Below are positions 1 through 7,114 of a stretch of 18,294 nucleotides of DNA, in pieces. A program made the translations under genes and the position numbers. Under the pieces are notes generated by a model. It saw only the letters and a program-made list of their open reading frames with translations. It ran no database searches and had not been told where the DNA came from. Numbering within the stretch: position 1 is the stretch's first letter; every line of letters begins with the position of its first letter. This DNA is from Candidatus Diapherotrites archaeon CG08_land_8_20_14_0_20_30_16 (GTDB lineage Archaea > Iainarchaeota > Iainarchaeia > Iainarchaeales > 0-14-0-20-30-16), in NCBI GenBank assembly GCA_002779075.1, contig PEXK01000012.1, forward strand, positions 1 through 18,294, written 5' to 3'.

Positions 1-38
1 ATCAACAGATAGCATAACATTGAAAAGGAGGAATGATT

Positions 39-404
39 ATGCCACAATATGTTAAATATTCGGTTCCTGAAGAAACAACAAAGAAGATTGTTGATCTTTT
101 GGGTAAGATTGCAAAAACAGGTAAAATTAGAGCTGGTATTAACGAAGTAACAAAAATGGTTGAAAGGGGTAATGCAAAGCTGGTTGTTATGGCAGAGGAT
201 GTAAGCCCTGAAGAATTATTATACCATTTGCCTGTTCTATGTAATGAAAAGAAAATACCTTTTACTTATTTCTCCCAGAGAAAAGAATTAGGCAAGGTTT
301 CTGGTTTAAATATTAGTACTTCTTGTATTGCAATTGTTAATGAAGGTGTTGCAAAAAAAGAGCTTGAAGATGTTTTAAAGCAGATTAAAGAATTGATAAA
401 GTAG
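39..404 (+). CDS. rpl7ae: Ribosomal protein L7Ae (K-turn binding; also a subunit of C/D and H/ACA sRNPs)
   Basis: ORF 33..404. The translation (GINEVTKMVERGNAKLVVMAEDVSPEE...LPVLCNEKKIPF) matches the L7Ae/L30e core. AAGGAGG at 25-31 lies 7 nt before the ATG at 39 and only 1 nt before the ATG at 33, so 39 is the preferred start. Confidence 0.9.
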   Translation: MPQYVKYSVPEETTKKIVDLLGKIAKTGKIRAGINEVTKMVERGNAKLVVMAEDVSPEELLYHLPVLCNEKKIPFTYFSQRKELGKVSGLNISTSCIAIVNEGVAKKELEDVLKQIKELIK

Positions 405-422
405 AAAAGTGGGTGATACAGA

Positions 423-641
423 ATGGCAGAATATGAAGAAGCAGGTACACCTGCTGAGGTAGTTAATGTTATCAAAAGAACAGGAGTTTCTGGGGAAGTT
501 ACTCAAGTTCTTTGCAAAATACTTGAAGGCCCTGAAAAAGGGAGAGTAAAAAGAAGAAACGTTAAAGGAAGAATAAAGAAAGGCGATGTATTGGTTTTAG
601 TAAACACACAGAAAGAAGCAAAAGATATTAGCCCAAGGTGA
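423..641 (+). CDS. rps28e: Ribosomal protein S28e
   Basis: 72-aa ORF. TPAEVVNVIKRTGVSGEVTQVLCKILEG...GRVKRRNVKG is a typical S28e sequence. GGGTGAT SD upstream. Canonical position after L7Ae. Confidence 0.92.
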   Translation: MAEYEEAGTPAEVVNVIKRTGVSGEVTQVLCKILEGPEKGRVKRRNVKGRIKKGDVLVLVNTQKEAKDISPR

Positions 642-645
642 TTTT

Positions 646-867
646 ATGAAATGTAACTTTTGCAATAAAGATATTAAAGAAGGCACAGGAATCCTTTATG
701 TTAAAAGGGATGGTACTGCATATAACTTTTGCTCAGGAAAATGTCAATTGAACATGTTAAAATTACGCAGAAAATCCTCTAATATGAAATGGGTTACAAA
801 ATCTAAAGCACACAAAGATTTGCAAAGTTCTTCTTCTAAAAAGAAGAAACAAGAAGCCAAAGTATAA
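646..867 (+). CDS. rpl24e: Ribosomal protein L24e
   Basis: 73-aa ORF with the N-terminal zinc-binding pattern CNFC...CSGKC and the GILYVKRDG motif typical of L24e. AGGTGAT SD 4 nt upstream. Confidence 0.92.
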   Translation: MKCNFCNKDIKEGTGILYVKRDGTAYNFCSGKCQLNMLKLRRKSSNMKWVTKSKAHKDLQSSSSKKKKQEAKV

Positions 868-886
868 AGAGTGATGGTGATGATCA

Positions 887-2629
887 GTGATAAGAGCACC
901 TATTGTTGTTGTTGGAGGACACATTGACCATGGAAAAACCACTTTACTTGATTACCTACGTGGCACAGCAATAGCTGAAAGAGAAGCAGGCAGAATAACT
1001 CAGCATATAGGTGCAACAGAAATTCCTTTGGAGCTTATTAGAAAACAATCAGGAAAATTAATTGAGAAATTTGGTTTTAATTTAGCAATTCCTGGTTTGC
1101 TTTTTATTGATACTCCTGGCCATGAGGCTTTTACTACTTTAAGAGAAAGAGGGTGCAGTATAGCAGATATTGGGATATTAGTTGTTGATATTTTGCAGGG
1201 TGTTCAACCCCAAACTGTTGAGGTTATAAACCATTTAAAAACAAATAAAACCCCTTTTGTTGTAGGTGTGACTAAAATAGATAAAATAAAGGGTTATAAT
1301 CAAAATCTTTCATTGACAGATTTGTTAAAAGAAGTAGATGAAGGAAGAACACTTTATGCCCAGGAATTTAATGAGAAATTTTACAAAATTATGAGTAAAT
1401 TGTCAGAATTAGGTTTTGACTCTGAGCGTTTTGATAATGTTCAAGATTTCACAAAAAAATTGTTACTTGTTCCTTTGAGTTCTAAAACAGGTATAGGCAT
1501 ACCTGAATTGCTATTGTTTTTAGGGGGTTTATCCCAGAAATATTTGGAAAATAGTTTAGCTCTTAATGTTGAAGGTCAAGGAAAAGCTGTTGTTTTGGAA
1601 ATAAATGAAACAAAAGGCTTTGGGAAAACATGCGACATAATCCTTTATGATGGCAAATTAGAGAAGAATGATTGGATTAAGGTTGATTCCAAAGACAATT
1701 TTTATGTTACAAGAATAAAGCAACTTCTTAGACCCAAAGCCTTGACTGATTTGAGAACAGTTAAATCTAGGTTGCAGGTTGTTGATTTTGTAGGTGCAGC
1801 TTCAGGTCTGAAGATAGTTTGTTCTGATCCTGAGCTGATAAGCCCTGGCGATGAGCTAATTGTTGTTACACAAGAAGAAGCAGATACATTAGTTGATACA
1901 AAGAAAGCCATAGTCACAATGAAGGAAAAAGGCATAATAGTTAAGGCAGATACCCAAGGATCTTTAGATGCAATATCTGCTTTAGCTAAAAAGTCAGGAG
2001 TGAGCATAGGCAAAATAAGCACAGGCAACTTAGTGAAAGAAGATGTTTTAGAAGCAAAATTGTTTGCAAGAGAGGATTTTTTGTATGGTTGTGTTTTCCT
2101 TTTTAATCAGAAAATAAGTCCCGAGGTTGAACAGTTTGCTAAGCAACAAGGAATTGTTGTTTTTTCATCAAATGTTGTTTATAAGCTGTTTGATGACTAT
2201 GAAAAATGGTCTAAAGATCAATTAGCTAGAAAAAAAGAGGAAGAACTTAAAAATGCAAAATATCCTGCCAAATTTGAGGTTATTAAAGACTGCATTTTTA
2301 GGAAGTCTAAGCCTTGTATTTTTGGCATAAGGGTTTTAGATGGGTTGTTGAAGCCAAATACCAAATTGATATATAATGGAAAACAAAGGGGGACAATAAA
2401 GCAAATACAACTAAATAATAAAACAGTTAGTCAGGCAAAAAAAGGGGATGAAGTAGCAGTTTCTTCAGAGGATATAAACTTCGAAAAAGATATAGATTTA
2501 AATGTGAGCACATTATTTTATACATATATTCCTTCTTCACAAAGAGGAATAATAAAAAAGTATCTATTTTCAGAATATCCTGATTTAATAGAAAAACTAT
2601 TTAATCTTTATGATGATAATGACTTGTAA
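887..2629 (+). CDS. infB: Translation initiation factor aIF5B (IF2-type GTPase)
   Basis: 580-aa ORF with GTPase motifs GHIDHGKTT (G1), DTPGHEAF (G3) and TKIDK (G4), followed by beta-barrel domains. It uses a GTG start: the frame is closed by TGA at 881-883, so no upstream ATG is possible. GGTGATGAT SD-like run at 876-884. Confidence 0.93.
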   Translation: MIRAPIVVVGGHIDHGKTTLLDYLRGTAIAEREAGRITQHIGATEIPLELIRKQSGKLIEKFGFNLAIPGLLFIDTPGHEAFTTLRERGCSIADIGILVVDILQGVQPQTVEVINHLKTNKTPFVVGVTKIDKIKGYNQNLSLTDLLKEVDEGRTLYAQEFNEKFYKIMSKLSELGFDSERFDNVQDFTKKLLLVPLSSKTGIGIPELLLFLGGLSQKYLENSLALNVEGQGKAVVLEINETKGFGKTCDIILYDGKLEKNDWIKVDSKDNFYVTRIKQLLRPKALTDLRTVKSRLQVVDFVGAASGLKIVCSDPELISPGDELIVVTQEEADTLVDTKKAIVTMKEKGIIVKADTQGSLDAISALAKKSGVSIGKISTGNLVKEDVLEAKLFAREDFLYGCVFLFNQKISPEVEQFAKQQGIVVFSSNVVYKLFDDYEKWSKDQLARKKEEELKNAKYPAKFEVIKDCIFRKSKPCIFGIRVLDGLLKPNTKLIYNGKQRGTIKQIQLNNKTVSQAKKGDEVAVSSEDINFEKDIDLNVSTLFYTYIPSSQRGIIKKYLFSEYPDLIEKLFNLYDDNDL

Positions 2630-2648
2630 TTGATGACTTATAGTTAAT

Positions 2649-2667
2649 ATATTTCTGAAAGAAATAT
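2649..2667 (+). terminator. Hairpin (8-bp stem ATATTTCT/AGAAATAT, loop GAA) followed by TTT, between infB and rps6e
   Basis: Read directly from the sequence. It lies 20 nt after the infB stop and is followed by a T-run. Archaeal termination mostly relies on oligo-T, so function is uncertain. Confidence 0.3.
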
Positions 2668-2683
2668 TTTAGGAGATGTTTTA

Positions 2684-3067
2684 ATGATTGTAAATTTAGC
2701 AAATCCAAAAACAAAAAAAACATATAATGTAAAAACAGAAGGCCTAGTTTTCATAGGTAGAAAGCTTGGAGAAACTGTTGATTTAAATGTAATAAATCTT
2801 AAGGGTGAGGGTCAAATAACTGGTGGCTCAACAAAAACAGGTTCTCCTATGGTACCTTTTGTTACAGGTAGTATACAAAAAAAGGTTCTTTTGTCAAAAG
2901 GTTTAGCTTTTAAATCTAGGTTTAAAGGTGAAAAGAAAAGAAGAACAGTTTTTGGTAACACTATCAACGAGAAAGTTGAACAAGTTAACATGAAAATAGT
3001 GAAAATAGATCATAGTGTGAATTTAGATGAATTGTTTCCTCAAAAAAAGAAAGAGGAAAAGAAATAA
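2684..3067 (+). CDS. rps6e: Ribosomal protein S6e
   Basis: 127-aa ORF. The pattern GEGQITGGSTKTGSPMVP...KKVLLSKG...FKGEKKRRTV is typical of archaeal S6e. AGGAG SD upstream. Conserved position before aIF2-gamma. Confidence 0.9.
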   Translation: MIVNLANPKTKKTYNVKTEGLVFIGRKLGETVDLNVINLKGEGQITGGSTKTGSPMVPFVTGSIQKKVLLSKGLAFKSRFKGEKKRRTVFGNTINEKVEQVNMKIVKIDHSVNLDELFPQKKKEEKK

Positions 3068-3079
3068 CACACTAGACAT
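3066..3079 (-). repeat. 14-nt motif ATGTCTAGTGTGTT (minus-strand copy), starting inside the rps6e stop codon
   Basis: The plus strand reads AACACACTAGACAT, the exact reverse complement of 7018-7031. Confidence 0.8.
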
Positions 3080-3257
3080 ACAGTGTAGAATATTTTATGT
3101 CTATCGACACAAATATTTTACAAAGTGTCACAAGATCTTTGGAATACAAAGCCTTAATGACACAAATTTTATATAGTGCAGGATGTAATTATACTGCAAT
3201 ATGTAATAATAAATATTAAATGTTTAAATATTAATTAAAAAAAGGACATGTGATTAA

Positions 3258-4457
3258 ATGGGAATACCTGGGCAATCAGAAATAAATATTGGAGTTATTG
3301 GCCATGTTGATCATGGCAAGACTTCTTTGACAAAAATGCTTACAGGTAAATGGACTGATACACATTCTGAAGAATTGAAAAGAGGAATATCAATTAGATT
3401 AGGATATGCGGATATTGTTTTTAAGAAATGTTCTAAATGTAATTTTGAAGGCTATACAAATAATGATAAGTGTCCAAAATGCAAAGGAAAAACAGAACCT
3501 TATAAAAGAGTTTCATTTGTTGATTCTCCTGGCCATGAAAGTTTGATGGCAACAATGTTAAGTGGTGTTGCAATAATAAATGGCGCGATTCTTGTTATTG
3601 CAGCAAATGAGCCTTGCCCTCAGCCTCGCACTGTTGAACATTTGTTAGCTGCAAAGTATTCCAATATAGGAAAACTTGTTGTTGTTCAAAATAAAATTGA
3701 TTTGGTAACAGAAGATCAGGCCAAACAAAACTATACAGAAATAAAGAAATTTTTAGTTGAGATAGGATACGAAAATGTTCCAATAATTCCTGTTTCTGCA
3801 AATCACAATATTAACAAAGATGTTTTGATTTATGCAATTACAAATTATTTTGATTCACCACAGCAGGATTTAAACAAAAATTTGAAAATGTATGTTGTTA
3901 GATCTTTTGATGTTAATAAACCAGGACAAGAAATTGATAAATTGGTTGGTGGCGTAATTGGTGGTTCAATTGTTTCTGGCAAATTAAAACTAGGTGACAA
4001 TATTGAAATTGCACCAGGCATACAAAACAAAAATATATTAGCAAAAGTTTTAAGTCTAAATACTGAATTTGGGAAATTGGATGAAGCAGGGCCCGGTGGA
4101 TTAATAGCAATAAGTACATCATTAGATCCTAGTATTGCGCAAAATGATAAATTAAAAGGTCAAGTTGTTGGGCATTGCGGTGAATTGCCAAACCCAAGGA
4201 CAGATCTAAATATAGAATTACATATTATTGATAGGCTTTTGGTTGATGATTTGAAAAAGTCATTGACTGTCAAAGAACCAGTAATTGTAACTGCTGGTAC
4301 AGGAATGGTAGTAGGTGTTGTTACCTCTGTAAAAGGGGATATAATTAGGTTTATGTTAAAATCTCCTGTTGTTGTTGAAGAGGATCAAAAGGTTTCTTTG
4401 AGTAGACGCTCAATTAATGGCTGGCGATTGTATGGTTATGGGTTTATCAGAAAATAA
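3258..4457 (+). CDS. eif2g: Translation initiation factor aIF2 gamma subunit
   Basis: 399-aa ORF with GHVDHGKTS (G1), DSPGHE (G3), QNKIDL (G4) and the characteristic zinc knuckle CSKC...CPKC inserted in the G domain. Confidence 0.95.
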   Translation: MGIPGQSEINIGVIGHVDHGKTSLTKMLTGKWTDTHSEELKRGISIRLGYADIVFKKCSKCNFEGYTNNDKCPKCKGKTEPYKRVSFVDSPGHESLMATMLSGVAIINGAILVIAANEPCPQPRTVEHLLAAKYSNIGKLVVVQNKIDLVTEDQAKQNYTEIKKFLVEIGYENVPIIPVSANHNINKDVLIYAITNYFDSPQQDLNKNLKMYVVRSFDVNKPGQEIDKLVGGVIGGSIVSGKLKLGDNIEIAPGIQNKNILAKVLSLNTEFGKLDEAGPGGLIAISTSLDPSIAQNDKLKGQVVGHCGELPNPRTDLNIELHIIDRLLVDDLKKSLTVKEPVIVTAGTGMVVGVVTSVKGDIIRFMLKSPVVVEEDQKVSLSRRSINGWRLYGYGFIRK

Positions 4458-4833
4458 ACACCCCAAAATAATTGTTGATACAAGTGCTTTGCTCAGTTTG
4501 TGCGATGGTTTTGATTTCTTCACAAGTGTTGAAAATGAATTTGGCAAAGTTAAATATGTTATTCCAACAAGTGTAATGGATGAACTAAAGAGATTGGCAG
4601 AAACAAGTCCAAAGTATGACAGATGTTTAAAACTTTTGTCAAAGATAATGACTATAAATAATGTTTCAATAATATATACTGGCAGTAAGAAAATAATTGC
4701 AGATGATGATTTGTTGGAAATGAGTGGAGATTTGTTTGTGACAAATGATATGGAGTTGGCACAAAAATTAAGTAAACAAAATAAAAAAGTTTTTATATTA
4801 AAGAAAAATAGGTATTATGATTTTTATCATTAA
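4417..4833 (+). CDS. PIN-domain ribonuclease-like protein (the conserved PIN gene found between aIF2-gamma and rpoE in archaea)
   Basis: Acidic PIN residues in the expected contexts: IIVDTSAL, PTSVMDEL, ADDDLL, VTNDMEL. The start is uncertain (ATG at 4417, 4432 or 4438), and every option overlaps the end of aIF2-gamma. Confidence 0.7.
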   Translation: MAGDCMVMGLSENKHPKIIVDTSALLSLCDGFDFFTSVENEFGKVKYVIPTSVMDELKRLAETSPKYDRCLKLLSKIMTINNVSIIYTGSKKIIADDDLLEMSGDLFVTNDMELAQKLSKQNKKVFILKKNRYYDFYH

Positions 4834-4846
4834 GGATGGTGAATGG

Positions 4847-5527
4847 ATGTTTCATATTGTTGAAGTTGAAGATGTTGTTGGAATTCCTCCTAGCATGCTG
4901 GGTTCTGATTTGAATATGGTTTTGAAGGATATTTTAAATGAAGATAAAATAGGAAAAATAGACAAAGAAGTAGGTGTTGTTTTAGGGGTTGTAAAAATAA
5001 ATAATACTGGCTCTGCAAAAGTTATTCCTGGTGACAGTTTTGCATATGTTGATGTTGCATATTCTTTGTTATCTTTTAAACCAGATTTGCAGAATGTTTA
5101 CGAAGGGCAGATAAAAGAAGTTGCTGAGTTTGGTGCTTTTATGGGCTTAGGACCATTCGATGCTTTGATACACGTTTCCCAATTAATGAATGATTTTGTA
5201 AGTTTTGATCCTAAGAATAAACATTTTGTTGGCAAAGAATCAAATAATATTTTAGCTAAAGGAGATTCTGTTTTTAGTCGTGTTGTAACTGTTAGCTACA
5301 AAGGAAATTCTGTTCAAAGTAAAATAGGATTAACAATGAGACAAGGTGGTTTAGGTAAATTAGAATGGTTCGAACCTGCCATTGCAAAAGGGGCATCTGC
5401 CAAAACAATAGAAAAGAAACAAGGTCTTCACAGTTCTTCTTTGAACAAAGAAGAAACAAGAAATGAGAAGAAGAAAATAGAAGAAGTTAAAGAAAAGAAA
5501 GTAAAAGAAAAAAAGGTCAAGAAATAG
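4847..5527 (+). CDS. rpo7: DNA-directed RNA polymerase subunit Rpo7 (RpoE')
   Basis: The N-terminus MFHIVEVEDVVGIPPSMLG and the S1 domain GQIKEVAEFGAFMGLGPFDALIHVSQL are typical of Rpo7/E'. AAGGATGGTGA SD precedes the ATG at 4847; the ORF track begins earlier, at 4817. It carries a Lys/Glu-rich C-terminal tail. Confidence 0.85.
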   Translation: MFHIVEVEDVVGIPPSMLGSDLNMVLKDILNEDKIGKIDKEVGVVLGVVKINNTGSAKVIPGDSFAYVDVAYSLLSFKPDLQNVYEGQIKEVAEFGAFMGLGPFDALIHVSQLMNDFVSFDPKNKHFVGKESNNILAKGDSVFSRVVTVSYKGNSVQSKIGLTMRQGGLGKLEWFEPAIAKGASAKTIEKKQGLHSSSLNKEETRNEKKKIEEVKEKKVKEKKVKK

Positions 5528-5535
5528 GTGTAGTT

Positions 5536-5736
5536 ATGGTATTGAAAGAACAAGCATGCAAGAAATGTGGATATGTTTTAGAAGATCCTAATACAACAGA
5601 TTGTCCAATTTGCCAGAATAAAAAGTTCACAACTTTTTGGAAAGGTTCTGTTGTTATTACTGATCCTGAAAATTCAGAAGTTGCAAAGAAATTAAATATA
5701 ACACAAAAAGGCAGGTTTGCATTAAGAATTAATTAA
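5536..5736 (+). CDS. spt4: Transcription elongation factor Spt4 (RpoE'')
   Basis: 66-aa zinc-ribbon protein (CKKC...CPIC), then the FWKG.VVI.DPE.SEVAKKL motif. Canonical position right after rpo7. Confidence 0.8.
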   Translation: MVLKEQACKKCGYVLEDPNTTDCPICQNKKFTTFWKGSVVITDPENSEVAKKLNITQKGRFALRIN

Positions 5737-5763
5737 TATTTAACCAATACATTACAGGGGTAA

Positions 5764-5781
5764 ATGTGTTAACCAACACAT
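5764..5781 (+). terminator. Hairpin ATGTGTT-AACC-AACACAT (7-bp stem) in the spt4-rps24e spacer
   Basis: Perfect inverted repeat read from the sequence, about 28 nt after the spt4 stop. It could be a terminator or a palindromic protein-binding site. Confidence 0.3.
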
Positions 5782-5843
5782 AGCCCAATACAGAATCAAC
5801 ACATAAAAGTCACGTATAAATTATACTGTTTAGAGGTGTAAAG

Positions 5844-6230
5844 ATGAAGTTCGAAATATTGAAAGAAGAAGACAATAGATTGCTCAACAGGAAGCAATTT
5901 TTAGTTAAAGTAACAGATGTTAGTGTTACTCCAAAAAGGCAGGATGTTTGGAAAGCATTTAGTGTAAAGCAAGGTTTGGACGAAAATAAACTTGTAGTTG
6001 ATAAAATAGAAAATCAAACTGGTTTGCGTGACCTGACTGTTTATTTCAAATATTATGATGATGAAGCAAGTTTGAAAAGAATAGAATTAAAAAGTAATTT
6101 AAAGAATTGGCAGAAACTCACAGGTAAGGAAGAGAAACCTAAGGAGGAGAAGCCAAAAGAAGAAAAGGAAGAGGAAAAACCAGAGATTAAGAAAGTTGTA
6201 AAGAAAGAAGATGCTCCTGAGGCAAAGTAG
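5844..6230 (+). CDS. rps24e: Ribosomal protein S24e
   Basis: The N-terminus MKFEILKEEDNRLLNRKQFLVKV is typical of S24e. GAGGTG SD upstream. The C-terminal KEEKP-type low-complexity tail is extra. Confidence 0.88.
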   Translation: MKFEILKEEDNRLLNRKQFLVKVTDVSVTPKRQDVWKAFSVKQGLDENKLVVDKIENQTGLRDLTVYFKYYDDEASLKRIELKSNLKNWQKLTGKEEKPKEEKPKEEKEEEKPEIKKVVKKEDAPEAK

Positions 6231-6240
6231 GTGATATTAA

Positions 6241-6444
6241 ATGGTTGAAAAAAAAGAAAAAACAGGTAAAAGACAACACAAGAAAACTAAAAGAATAAAG
6301 AAATCCTCTTTTTACAAAGTGGAAGGCAATAATGTTATAAGAACAAGAAAAACTTGTTTGAAATGTGGTGCTGGTGTTTTTATGGCTGAACATAAGAACA
6401 GATATTCTTGTGGCAAATGCGGTTATACTGAAATGAAGAAATAA
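6241..6444 (+). CDS. rps27ae: Ribosomal protein S27ae
   Basis: 67-aa basic protein with the zinc ribbon CLKC...CGKC. AGGTGAT SD upstream. Canonical position after S24e. Confidence 0.85.
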   Translation: MVEKKEKTGKRQHKKTKRIKKSSFYKVEGNNVIRTRKTCLKCGAGVFMAEHKNRYSCGKCGYTEMKK

Positions 6445-6453
6445 TTTCTTCAT
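6433..6453 (+). terminator. Perfect 21-nt palindrome ATGAAGAAATAATTTCTTCAT centred on the rps27ae stop codon, followed by T-runs
   Basis: 9-bp stem (6433-6441 with 6445-6453). The loop is the TAA stop at 6442-6444. Downstream sequence is TTTTACTATTTTTATTTT. This marks the end of the plus-strand ribosomal operon. Confidence 0.45.
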
Positions 6454-6573
6454 TTTTACTATTTTTATTTTCTTTAAATCATAGATCATTACTTCTTGAA
6501 CGAATATTTATAAATCCTCAGAATATATATATTTTAACATCCATTTATAAACTATTTTTGTTATTAAATACTT

Positions 6574-6966
6574 ATGAAACAAACTTATTTTGCAAATAGT
6601 ATTGTAACTATAAAAAAAGAATTATTAGATGAATTATTATTGGGTTGTAATAATGCATATCCTAACGAGTTCTTTGCTTTATTGGCATCTGATTCAAAAA
6701 AAGCAATTGATGCATATGTTGTTGTTCCTCTTTTTTACCAGACAGAAAATAGTGTATCTTACAGAACAGACTTATTGCCTTTAGGATTCAGTATAGCTGG
6801 TTCAATACATTCTCATCCTGGTGCATCAAACAGGCCCAGCAATGCTGATTTGCACAGCTTCTCAAAGCAAGGCTCTTGTCATTTTATTGTTGGTTATCCC
6901 TATAAACTAGAAAATATTGCCTGTTATGATGGCTATGGCAAAAGAGTTCAAATATCTGTAGTATGA
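6574..6966 (+). CDS. JAMM/MPN+ (JAB1) family metalloprotease
   Basis: Complete JAMM motif H-x-H-x7-S-x2-D in GSIHSHPGASNRPSNADL, plus the upstream Glu in PNEFFALL. 130 aa, a stand-alone MPN domain. Confidence 0.8.
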   Translation: MKQTYFANSIVTIKKELLDELLLGCNNAYPNEFFALLASDSKKAIDAYVVVPLFYQTENSVSYRTDLLPLGFSIAGSIHSHPGASNRPSNADLHSFSKQGSCHFIVGYPYKLENIACYDGYGKRVQISVV

Positions 6967-7017
6967 ATTATATATAAATTAACCTTAATGTACGCCTCTG
7001 TTTTATATGAAATTGTA

Positions 7018-7031
7018 ATGTCTAGTGTGTT
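7018..7031 (+). repeat. 14-nt motif ATGTCTAGTGTGTT (plus-strand copy); partial second copy TGTCTAGTGT at 7063-7072
   Basis: Exact reverse-complement match to 3066-3079. Preceded by TTTTATAT (7001-8) at the same 9-nt spacing as in the other copy. Confidence 0.8.
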
Positions 7032-7084
7032 GATTACACCCTTGCCGCATAGAAAATTAGCCTGTCTAGTGTCTAAAGTGAAGA

Positions 7085-7092
7085 TTTAAAAA
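7085..7092 (+). promoter_or_regulatory. TATA-box-like element (TTTAAAAA) about 27 nt upstream of the antiporter ATG, suggesting a leaderless or near-leaderless transcript
   Basis: Archaeal TATA consensus TTTAWA-like, at the usual distance from a start. This gene has no SD, unlike its neighbours. Confidence 0.3.
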
Positions 7093-7114
7093 TCCCCCTT
7101 TATTATATATAACT

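Noticed and set aside
874-927. A 17-codon ORF starts at ATG 874 within the GTGATGGTGATGATCAGTGAT run upstream of infB.
   Set aside because: It is out of frame with, and overlaps, the aIF5B N-terminus. The GTGAT repeats are better explained as reiterated SD-like sequence for the GTG start at 887.
2631-2660. Possible C/D-box sRNA: TGATGA at 2631-2636 and CTGA at 2655-2658. This was attractive because L7Ae, Nop5 and fibrillarin are all encoded here.
   Set aside because: The C-to-D spacing is 18 nt rather than about 12 nt. There is no C'/D' pair and no terminal stem. The CTGA is part of the hairpin at 2649-2667. The better explanation is a terminator-like hairpin.
3068-3257. A hidden tRNA, or another structured RNA gene of a known class, in the 190-nt, 107-nt and 148-nt spacers (3068-3257, 5737-5843, 6967-7114).
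   Set aside because: No GTTCRAATC-type T-arm, cloverleaf or C/D or H/ACA box arrangement could be built by hand. Only short 5-7-bp hairpins are present. An unclassified small RNA cannot be excluded without transcript data.
5440-6230. Short tandem repeats in Lys/Glu-rich tails were considered as repeat or CRISPR-like elements. Examples are VKEKK x2 in Rpo7, KEEKP x2 in S24e, and similar tails on L24e, S6e and Nop5.
   Set aside because: They are in-frame low-complexity coding sequence at protein C-termini, typical of AT-rich small-genome archaea. There is no spacer/repeat architecture.
6988-7089. A 33-codon ORF (MYASVLYEIVMSSVLITPLPHRKLACLVSKVKI) spans the two TGTCTAGTGT motifs in the spacer upstream of the antiporter.
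   Set aside because: It has no SD, unlike nearly all real genes here, and no recognisable features. The repeated DNA motif is more simply read as non-coding.
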